Source of the DNA: Candidatus Dormibacteria bacterium
GTDB lineage: Bacteria; Chloroflexota; Dormibacteria; Aeolococcales; Aeolococcaceae
Assembly: GCA_050015875.1 (NCBI GenBank)
Contig: JBEKAP010000001.1
Location: 1 to 55,971 of the forward strand
Direction of reading: 5' to 3'
Length of the DNA stretch: 55,971 nucleotides
A program made the translations under genes and the position numbers. Below, piece by piece: positions 18,791 to 26,273 of this stretch. The notes under the pieces are model-generated. The model saw nothing but the letters and a program-made list of their open reading frames with translations. It did no database searches and had not been told where the DNA came from. Each line of letters starts with the position of its first letter. Position 1 is the first letter of the stretch.

Positions 18791-19512
18791 TGCCCCTGCC
18801 CGTCGTGATCCTCGCCGGGGGTCTCGCGACCCGCATGCGGCCGGCGACAGAGACTGTCCCCAAGGCACTGCTGCAGGTCAATGGCAGACCCTTTGCCGAC
18901 ATCCAGCTGGCCTGGCTGCGGTCCCTCGGGATCACCGACGTGGTGTACAGCATCGGGTATCTCGGCGACTCCATCGTCCGGCATGTGGGAGATGGGGGAC
19001 AGTTCGGGTTGCGGGTACGGTACGCAGCGGATGGTGAGCAGCCTCTGGGGACCGGGGGAGCGCTGCGGGCCGTCATCGATGCCGGCGCCGTCCCGGAGTG
19101 CTTCGGCGTCATCAACGGGGACTCCTACCTCTCCCTGGACCTGCCCAGGGTGGAGGCCGCCTTCGCCGAGAGTGGCTGCCCAGCCCTGATGACCGTGATG
19201 CACAACCGCAACCGGTGGGAGGCGAGCAACGTCGTGTACCAGGCTGGGCGGGTGATCGCATACGACAAGACCCGCCCGCAAACCTGGCACGACCGGATGG
19301 AGTGGATCGACTACGGGTTCGCCATCGTCTCCCGGGAGGCCATCACCGACCGCGTCGCCTCCGGAGCGTCCGCCGACCTCTCCGATCTCATGCGCGACCT
19401 GAGCCTCGCGGGCCGGCTCGCCGGAGTCGAGGTGGCAGAGCGCTTCTATGAGATCGGATCACCCCGGGGTCTGGCCGACCTGGAGCGCCATCTTTCCTCG
19501 GGAACCGAGTAG
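18790..19512 (+). CDS. hddC: Sugar-1-phosphate nucleotidyltransferase, D-glycero-D-manno-heptose 1-phosphate guanylyltransferase-like
   Basis: TGATG overlap with hddA. Motifs VVILAGGLATRMRP, LGTGGAL and INGDSY. About 240 aa. Confidence 0.75.
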   Translation: MPLPVVILAGGLATRMRPATETVPKALLQVNGRPFADIQLAWLRSLGITDVVYSIGYLGDSIVRHVGDGGQFGLRVRYAADGEQPLGTGGALRAVIDAGAVPECFGVINGDSYLSLDLPRVEAAFAESGCPALMTVMHNRNRWEASNVVYQAGRVIAYDKTRPQTWHDRMEWIDYGFAIVSREAITDRVASGASADLSDLMRDLSLAGRLAGVEVAERFYEIGSPRGLADLERHLSSGTE

Positions 19513-19600
19513 CTCCTCCTCAGAGCGATGTGACGCGGACGTAACGACGCGTCCACGATCGATCCAATTTGCGCAACCGCTGAGGGTCCCCGCCCTTAGC

Positions 19601-19628
19601 CTCCGGTGGATCAGGCCATTCACCGGAG
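19601..19628 (+). promoter_or_regulatory. 5'-UTR hairpin whose 3' arm overlaps the ribosome-binding region of the CHAP-propeller gene
   Basis: CTCCGGTG-(12 nt)-CACCGGAG is a perfect 8-bp stem. The 3' arm runs into GGAGGCGGAGAG, immediately upstream of the GTG at 19637. Confidence 0.35.
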
Positions 19629-19636
19629 GCGGAGAG

Positions 19637-21922
19637 GTGCGTCGCGGTCGCTTCGCTCAGATCGCCGTCGTGGGCGTGTCGCTGGCAGTCGTGCTGGCCG
19701 CTGCCCCATCCGGGTCGGCAAGAGCCGCCTCGACGGTGCCGACCGCCTCCCTCGTCCTGGACGGGGTGCAGCTGTCGGTGACCGCCGGTATCCTGGGCGA
19801 GCTGAGCACATTCGATGCCGCGCCAGCCGGGAGCGCCGTCCAATCCGCATCCGCCACCGCTCAGGACCCGTACCGAGAGCTCACCGTCGAAGCCGTCCCC
19901 TTCGGGACCGAGGACGCGGACGATCCGGCCCTCGGGGTCGCGGCCTCCGGTGGCGCCGCCGGCGCCGCCACGAGCCTCCAGCAGTACCGCGTCTCGCAGA
20001 AGGCGACCCCGCTGCCGGCGGTCAGCGCGACCCTCTTCGGGGAGCAGGTTTCCGGTGCGGCCAACCTCCTCGACCTCCAGATCGACGGTCCCACGGCCTC
20101 CCCCGTGGTCGTGATCGACTGGGTCGCCGATGCCGGGCCGCGCCTCTGGGTGGTGCGGACGTCCCAGCAGCTCCCGGATGCTTCGACGGCGAGCTGGACA
20201 GCGGCGGAGGCCGAGTTCTCGGACGTGTCGGTCAGCGCCGCCAACCCCCTGGTGCCGACCACCGTCGGTGCCGTCCAATCCGCGGGTGATAGCTCCTCCT
20301 CCGGGACGGAGGAGGCTCCAGCCGCCGCGAATCCCACGGACGCGACGCCGGTCGCGTTCCCGTCCTGGTGGAGCGGCACCTGCGATACCAACGACTACCA
20401 GGCGGCCTCCGGGCAGCCCGCCTACCTGCTCAGCGCAGGGGCGGTCTGGGATGGTCTCGAGGCATGCGGGCCGCGTCCCGGATACAACGAGGGCCCGGAC
20501 GAGAGCGTGGACCTGCCAGGCGCTCAGTGGAGCGTGCTCGAATGGGAGTGCGTCGAGCTGAGCATGCGCTGGATGTACCTGGCGTGGGACGTGGAGCCGT
20601 TCCCGGCCAACGGGAAGGGCGTCGTCTGGAACTACTCCGCCTTCCAGGCGCGGTACAACCCCTCGGGCCCGGCACTGGTCGCGACCGCCAATGACGGGTC
20701 GGGAGCGCTGCCCCAACCCGGCGACGTCCTCAGCTACGGGGCGACCACCACCTACGGGCACACGTCCGTCGTCACCGCGGTCGACGTCGACAGCAACGGC
20801 AACGGCAACATCAGCGTCCTGGAGCAGAATGCATCGCCGACCGGCTGGGACACCGTGCCGGTCAGCCAGTGGGTGCTCGGGGGATTGGACGGCGGCGTCA
20901 GCGGATGGCTCCACGACCCCGGTTTCTCCGTCTCCCAGCCGCGCAGCTCGACCGAGGAGGCGAGCCTCGGAAACGGCCGCACTGACGTGCTCTGGCGCGG
21001 CATGAACGGCGATCTCTGGAATGCCTACAGCCCTTCGCCTGGATCCTGGGAGGCGGCGGCCGACCTCGGCGGTGGCCCGCTCGGCTCCGACCCCCAGCCC
21101 ATCGGCAGTGAGCCCGGTGTGCTGGATGTCTTCTGGCGGGGCACGGACAACGCACTCTGGCACATGTGGTACACGGGGGCCGGCGGATGGCAGGGTCCCC
21201 AGCGACTGACCGCGCCGGGCCTGTTAGCCTCCGCTCCTCATCCGATCACCAACGGCGCCGGGCGCATCGACGTGTTCTGGACCGGGGCCGATGGCAACCT
21301 CTGGTCGATCACCTACCTGCCCAGCAGCGGTTGGGGAACCGCGGCCTCTGACGGGGCCGGACCGCTGGGCTCGGATCCGGCGCCGGTCTGGGTGGCGCCC
21401 GGGGTGATCGACGTCTTTTGGGAGGGCACCGACCTGGGTCTGTGGCATGAATACTCGGTGAATGGCCACTGGTCGGGGCCCCAGAATCTGAGCCCGCTGC
21501 CGATGGGGTCACCGCCGACCGCCATCGCGACCGCGACCTACCAGGTCGACGTCTTCTGGGAGGGGACCGACTCCCATCTCTGGAGCATCTCCTACGACAA
21601 CGGATGGCAGGCGCTCAGGGGCCTGGGCAGCGCCCCGCTCAGCTCAGAGCCGGAGCCGGACCTGATGGCGCCTGGCGTGCTGGACGTCTTCTGGGTCGGC
21701 CCGGCGACCAACCTCTGGCACCAGACTGACGTCGACGGCAGCTGGACCGCGCCCTCGTCGCTCGGCAACGGGCCCCTCACCACGACGCCCGCTGTGGTCT
21801 CCTCCACGTCCGGGATCATCGACGTCTCCTGGCGCGGCTCCGACGGCAACGTCTGGCATCTCGCCTACGACGGCGGCTGGCAGACGGCGGCGAACTGCCT
21901 CGGCGGCGGACCACTCCCGTAG
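19637..21922 (+). CDS. Secreted CHAP-domain peptidoglycan hydrolase fused to a seven-blade repeat module
   Basis: ORF 19448-21922 trimmed to the GTG at 19637, which is preceded by GGAGGCGGAGAG. Signal peptide VRRGRFAQIAVVGVSLAVVLAAAPSGSARA. The CHAP Cys lies in VLEWECVELSMRW and the His in YGHTSVVTAV. The C-terminal ~320 aa are 7 repeats. Confidence 0.9.
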   Translation: MRRGRFAQIAVVGVSLAVVLAAAPSGSARAASTVPTASLVLDGVQLSVTAGILGELSTFDAAPAGSAVQSASATAQDPYRELTVEAVPFGTEDADDPALGVAASGGAAGAATSLQQYRVSQKATPLPAVSATLFGEQVSGAANLLDLQIDGPTASPVVVIDWVADAGPRLWVVRTSQQLPDASTASWTAAEAEFSDVSVSAANPLVPTTVGAVQSAGDSSSSGTEEAPAAANPTDATPVAFPSWWSGTCDTNDYQAASGQPAYLLSAGAVWDGLEACGPRPGYNEGPDESVDLPGAQWSVLEWECVELSMRWMYLAWDVEPFPANGKGVVWNYSAFQARYNPSGPALVATANDGSGALPQPGDVLSYGATTTYGHTSVVTAVDVDSNGNGNISVLEQNASPTGWDTVPVSQWVLGGLDGGVSGWLHDPGFSVSQPRSSTEEASLGNGRTDVLWRGMNGDLWNAYSPSPGSWEAAADLGGGPLGSDPQPIGSEPGVLDVFWRGTDNALWHMWYTGAGGWQGPQRLTAPGLLASAPHPITNGAGRIDVFWTGADGNLWSITYLPSSGWGTAASDGAGPLGSDPAPVWVAPGVIDVFWEGTDLGLWHEYSVNGHWSGPQNLSPLPMGSPPTAIATATYQVDVFWEGTDSHLWSISYDNGWQALRGLGSAPLSSEPEPDLMAPGVLDVFWVGPATNLWHQTDVDGSWTAPSSLGNGPLTTTPAVVSSTSGIIDVSWRGSDGNVWHLAYDGGWQTAANCLGGGPLP
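20963..21919 (+). repeat. Seven tandem ~45-aa blade repeats, same family as 1852-2772 and 1-351
   Basis: The seven core motifs are RTDVLWRGMNGDLWN, VLDVFWRGTDNALWH, RIDVFWTGADGNLWS, VIDVFWEGTDLGLWH, QVDVFWEGTDSHLWS, VLDVFWVGPATNLWH and IIDVSWRGSDGNVWH. Confidence 0.85.
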
Positions 21923-21998
21923 GGCTGGCCCGCGTGGACTGCCGGATCGAGTTGGCCGCAACTCTGAGGTCACGGCCGAGGTAGACTCCCTCCCCACA

Positions 21999-23780
21999 GT
22001 GGATGCCCCCGAGGCCGCCGCCGGGGCGGTGAGCACCCCAGCGACCTCGCGCGGCCTGTCCCGCCGCCTGGACGACCTGAGACGGTGGGTGACTGATGAT
22101 CGACCGCGGTTGGCCGTCATCGGATTAGCCGCGATCATGCTGATCGTCAACGCGGTCTGGATCTGGGTCAACCGCCACGGTGGGGGCGTCACCATCGACG
22201 AAGCCGGCTACCTCAGCTACTCCTTCGCCGACTACCACGCGTGGCAGGCCGGAGGCCTGACCGACGTCATCGGCACCGCGATTCACGAGCAGGTCCAGCC
22301 TCCACTCGTACCCCTCCTCACCGCCGCCGTGTATGCGGTCATCGGCCGGGCGAGCGTCATGGCCGCATTCGGGGTCGAGCTCCTTGCCTACGGCTCGATC
22401 CTGCTGGTCACGTACTCGATCGCCAAGGGGCTGGCGGGGAAGGCAGCCGGGCTCGTCGCCGCGATCGCCATCGCCTCAGCGCCGATCATGCTCGACTACT
22501 CTCATCTCTACATGTACGCGGTGCCTGCTGCGGCCTTCGCCTCACTCACCGTGTGGGCCGCTCTGCGCTCACAGCAGATGACCCGCCTTGGATGGTCGGT
22601 GGTCTGGGGGATCGCCCTTGGCGCCATGCTCGTATCACGCACTGTGACCATCGCCTTCGCTCCTGCCTTCGTCCTGCTTGCCCTGCTCGAGGTGGCGGTG
22701 TCGACTGAGCGCCTTCGATCTGCGATCGGACTGGCCTGTGGGACGGTCGCTGCCGCGATCGTGGCCGGGCCGTGGTGGATCGTCTCGGGAAGCGGCGCCT
22801 GGGCCTATCTCACATCCTTTGGCTATGGCGCCCAGAGCGCCGGCTATGGCCCGTCGCGCACCCTATTCTCGTGGTCGTCGTGGGTGAGTTTCCTGCAACA
22901 GAACGTCGATCTGTACATCTGGATTCCGCTCGGCGCGATCCTCGTGCTCGGTGCCGCGGCACTCGCAGTGAAGCTACTTCTCGCTCTCGGACGGGAGCGC
23001 GCGCACCTGTTCGTGCGCGTGGTGCGCTCGCCCTGGTTCTTCCTCACCTTCGTCGTCGTTGAGGGAGTCGTGGCTCTCGAATCGTCGCGGAACCTCGGCA
23101 CCGGATTCCTGGCGCCGCTGGTGCCCGCGATGGTGGCGCTGGGTGTCGGAGCGCTCGTCTCAGTTGTTGCCAGGCGGAAAGGCGCGGTCATCGCGGTTGC
23201 CGTGCTCGTGATCGCGGCCTCGGTCCCCTCGTATCTGGCGAAGATGGCCCTGAACGGGCCCACCCATCAGCCCGTGGTGGTGGGCGTGCCCGTTCTCGGG
23301 CCGGTGACGGCGCTCGACGGTCGGAGCTACTTCGACCTGTATGTGCTTGCGGGCGGAGTGGCGGACGCCCGCGACCCGTCAGAATCAGCCTGGAGAATCG
23401 TGAACGCGGTTCTCGTGAGAGACGTCGACAGATTCATCTCGGGGACGCCGGGCCCTGTGGGAGTCGTCTTCGCATTCGACGAGTATCTGGTCAACCCCAA
23501 CACGTTCACGCTCCGGGAGCTCCAGGTCGAGGACGCGGTTCCCGGCGTGGATCTCCTCAGTCCGTCCGCGGGTCAGTCCCCCGCCGACTACTCCGCAGAG
23601 ATCACACGGGCTCTCGGGAGTGAGCACGCCGTACTGCTTCTCTGTACCGACCCGGCAGGCGTGATACCGCCCCAGCTCGAACAGGGATCCGTCGAGAAGG
23701 CGGCCCAGGGTCTTGGCTTCGCGCCCTACGCCTCGATCACCCTCCCGCAGCACGGCTTCCTCCAGGTATGGACAAGATGA
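21999..23780 (+). CDS. GT-C fold membrane glycosyltransferase, ArnT/PMT-like
   Basis: 593 aa with about 12 hydrophobic segments. An acidic motif sits in the first extracytoplasmic loop (VTIDEAGYLSYSF), followed by the loop QPPLVPLL. A soluble C-terminal domain is present. This architecture is typical of GT39/GT83-type enzymes. Confidence 0.75.
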   Translation: MDAPEAAAGAVSTPATSRGLSRRLDDLRRWVTDDRPRLAVIGLAAIMLIVNAVWIWVNRHGGGVTIDEAGYLSYSFADYHAWQAGGLTDVIGTAIHEQVQPPLVPLLTAAVYAVIGRASVMAAFGVELLAYGSILLVTYSIAKGLAGKAAGLVAAIAIASAPIMLDYSHLYMYAVPAAAFASLTVWAALRSQQMTRLGWSVVWGIALGAMLVSRTVTIAFAPAFVLLALLEVAVSTERLRSAIGLACGTVAAAIVAGPWWIVSGSGAWAYLTSFGYGAQSAGYGPSRTLFSWSSWVSFLQQNVDLYIWIPLGAILVLGAAALAVKLLLALGRERAHLFVRVVRSPWFFLTFVVVEGVVALESSRNLGTGFLAPLVPAMVALGVGALVSVVARRKGAVIAVAVLVIAASVPSYLAKMALNGPTHQPVVVGVPVLGPVTALDGRSYFDLYVLAGGVADARDPSESAWRIVNAVLVRDVDRFISGTPGPVGVVFAFDEYLVNPNTFTLRELQVEDAVPGVDLLSPSAGQSPADYSAEITRALGSEHAVLLLCTDPAGVIPPQLEQGSVEKAAQGLGFAPYASITLPQHGFLQVWTR

Positions 23781-23783
23781 GAG

Positions 23784-26273
23784 ATGTCTGCAGTGGGTGA
23801 GCCGCGCGGGGGTTGGCGGCAGCGGCTGGCCCGAATCCTCTGGGGCGCCGGCTTCCGGCGAGGAGCGATGTCGGCACTGATCGTCGTGCTCGTGCAGGCG
23901 AGTGTGCTCGCCGTCACCTATCGAGCCGTCGTCTTCCACGGCAGGAGCCTGATGACGGGGATCTACGTGACCGGGGTGGAGGGGCAGGCGCTGGCATACG
24001 GATACCCCGGACCGCCAATCCAGGGATCGAACGAGATCGATTCCGGCGCATCGGCTTGGGCGTATGAGCCTCAGATCGCCAAAGCGCATCAGGAGGTTTC
24101 GGACGGGGAGCTTCCGCTGTGGGACGCGAACGTCATGCTCGGCGCACCGCTTGCCGCAGACGCTGAGGGCGGCCTGTTCAATCCGCTCACCTGGCCGCTC
24201 GTGGCCTCACCGACGCCCGCGACGTGGGACATCTGGCTCCTGCTTCGTCTGCTGAGCGCCGGCGTCCTGTGCAGCCTGCTGGCCCTCTACCTGGGACTGG
24301 ACATGGTGCCTGCCCTCGTGGCAGGGAGCGTCTTCATGCTTTCCGGGGTCTTCGTGGAGCGGACCTCAACCATCCAGACGGGCATCATGGCCACGCTGCC
24401 CCTGGTGGTCCTTGGAGCGGAGGCGTGCATACGGCACCCGTCACGCTGGTCGAGCGGCCTCCTGGCCATCGCGATTGCCTGCACGGTGCTCTTCGGCATG
24501 CCCGAGGAGAGCTTCATGTGCCTGCTGCTGGGAGCGTCGTACTTCGTCGTTCGACTTGCCGCGCTCTGCCTGACCCGGGATCGGGGCGCCTGCATTCGCG
24601 CCGGGAGCGCTGCCGTTGGGGGTGCAGTCGTGGGGGTTCTGCTCAGCCTGCCACTACTCATTCCGTTCGAGGAGTATCTCAATCTCGCCTATACGGGTTT
24701 CGACGGTTCCCATAACGCCCTTCTTCTCGAGAATGCGAGCGAGCTGGTGAGCCTCATCGGGCCGCACTGGAATGTCGTGGGGCCCCACCACTTCTCCGGG
24801 ACGACCGAACCCATCGACGAGTGGTTCGGTGTCGGAGCGGCTCTGCTGGCGGTGATCGGGCTTGGTTCCGGTGCCCTGCCGAGGAGCACACGCGGCGTCC
24901 TCGCGGTGAGCGCGGTGGCCGTCGAGGCCGCCATCGTGGGGTTCCCGAGCTGGTACCTTCAACTGGTCTCGGACGTCCCCATTCTCGGCAACATCTTCAT
25001 CTGGGCGTACGGAGGCGTCATCGTCTCTCTTGGAGTGGCCATCCTCGCCGGGCATGGCCTCCACCGGATCCAGCAGCGCCGGGTCCGGCTGCGCTGGCTG
25101 GCGGTGGCCGCAGCGGTGGTCGTTGTCGTCGTCGTCGTCGGGGCGCCTGCCTACCTGAATGGCACACCGATCCGGTGGGGACAGGTTGGTATCAGCGGGG
25201 CGGTTCTCGTCCTCGTGGTCGTCGGAGCGGCGGTGGCCCGCCGGGTGGGGCGGTGGGGACGGATCGGCGGGACCGCGCTCGTGTGGGCGGCGGTCACCGG
25301 CGAGGTGATCTTCCTGGCAACACCCGAGTTTGCGTTGCCGCTTAGCTACGACCCCTACACAGCGACACCGGTCACAACCTACTTGGAGAGTGTGGATCCG
25401 TCCGGAGCGGGCCGCACGTACTCCTCGACCGGAATTCTCTATCCCACGACCAACCAGGCGTTTGACCTCGATGACATCCGCAACCTCGACCCGCTCTACA
25501 TCGACCGGACATACGAGTACCTGCAGCGTTTCGTGGCACCTGGCCTGGGCGATCGCTTCGACGGCTTGAGCCCCAACACCGCCAACGTGGTCAACAATCC
25601 ATTCTTCAACGTCCTCAATGTCAAGTACGTCCTGGAAGCGTCGCCGCAGGCTCAGAATGCCAGTGATCTGCCGGCGGATCAATACCAGCTGGTGGCCGTG
25701 ACCGCCGACGGTGTTGGCATCTACCAGAATCTGGATGCCGCACCGAGGGCGCAGGTGGTGTTCGCCACGACGCGGGTGGGTTCGGAGAGCGCCGCAGTGT
25801 CGACGATGAGCCAGCCCGGGTTCGATCCGATGACGAGCGCTGTCGTGGAGGCCAGCGCGTCAACGCGCATCCCGTCCTCTGATGGGGTGCCGGTGGCGGC
25901 GACCATGGAGCTGTACCAGGACGATGAGGTGGTCATGCGGACCACGACCACCGAACCGGGAATGTTGGTCCTCTCCGATGCGTACTACCCGGGTTGGGTG
26001 GCTCAGGTCGACGGGAAGCCAGCGCAGATCTACGCGACCGATCTGGCGCTGCGTGGCGTGATCGTACCGGCGGGGACGCACACCATCGTGATGCGATACG
26101 AGCCGACCTCGGTCGTGGTGGGCGGCCTCGGGGCTCCGGCTGGGCTGGCGCTGTGGGGGATCGGTGGGTGGCTCGCTCCGGCCGGGCTGTATCTCATCCG
26201 CCGAAAGCGGCGCAGCTCCCACGGTGGTGCGGAGATCCAGCGGTCATCTCCCGGGGTCGTCTCAGCCCGTTGA
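23784..26273 (+). CDS. YfhO-family polytopic membrane protein (GT-C-type glycosyltransferase candidate)
   Basis: 829 aa, starting 3 nt after the upstream stop. Many TM segments. The C-terminal signature SDAYYPGWVAQVDGKPAQIYATDLALRGVIVPAGTHTIVMRYEP is characteristic of YfhO proteins. Confidence 0.8.
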   Translation: MSAVGEPRGGWRQRLARILWGAGFRRGAMSALIVVLVQASVLAVTYRAVVFHGRSLMTGIYVTGVEGQALAYGYPGPPIQGSNEIDSGASAWAYEPQIAKAHQEVSDGELPLWDANVMLGAPLAADAEGGLFNPLTWPLVASPTPATWDIWLLLRLLSAGVLCSLLALYLGLDMVPALVAGSVFMLSGVFVERTSTIQTGIMATLPLVVLGAEACIRHPSRWSSGLLAIAIACTVLFGMPEESFMCLLLGASYFVVRLAALCLTRDRGACIRAGSAAVGGAVVGVLLSLPLLIPFEEYLNLAYTGFDGSHNALLLENASELVSLIGPHWNVVGPHHFSGTTEPIDEWFGVGAALLAVIGLGSGALPRSTRGVLAVSAVAVEAAIVGFPSWYLQLVSDVPILGNIFIWAYGGVIVSLGVAILAGHGLHRIQQRRVRLRWLAVAAAVVVVVVVVGAPAYLNGTPIRWGQVGISGAVLVLVVVGAAVARRVGRWGRIGGTALVWAAVTGEVIFLATPEFALPLSYDPYTATPVTTYLESVDPSGAGRTYSSTGILYPTTNQAFDLDDIRNLDPLYIDRTYEYLQRFVAPGLGDRFDGLSPNTANVVNNPFFNVLNVKYVLEASPQAQNASDLPADQYQLVAVTADGVGIYQNLDAAPRAQVVFATTRVGSESAAVSTMSQPGFDPMTSAVVEASASTRIPSSDGVPVAATMELYQDDEVVMRTTTTEPGMLVLSDAYYPGWVAQVDGKPAQIYATDLALRGVIVPAGTHTIVMRYEPTSVVVGGLGAPAGLALWGIGGWLAPAGLYLIRRKRRSSHGGAEIQRSSPGVVSAR

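Noticed and set aside
19513-19636. Possible c-di-AMP (ydaO) or other riboswitch upstream of the CHAP hydrolase
   Set aside because: The leader is only 124 nt, and I could not find the conserved ydaO core elements. Only a simple hairpin is present, and it is reported separately with low confidence.
19520-21163. 547-aa minus-strand ORF opposite the CHAP gene, and similar antisense ORFs elsewhere (e.g. 13226-14515, 9388-10722, 37655-39556, 41686-42972, 43292-44338)
   Set aside because: All lie opposite genes with clear family motifs and show the Arg/Pro/Gly-rich composition expected for non-coding frames of high-GC DNA.
25117-25141. GTC/GTT trinucleotide run encoding VVVVVVVV in the YfhO-like protein, considered as a slipped-strand phase-variation tract
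   Set aside because: There are only about five perfect GTC units. The run is in-frame, so slippage would only lengthen or shorten a TM helix. No comparable tracts occur elsewhere. It is most simply a hydrophobic helix.
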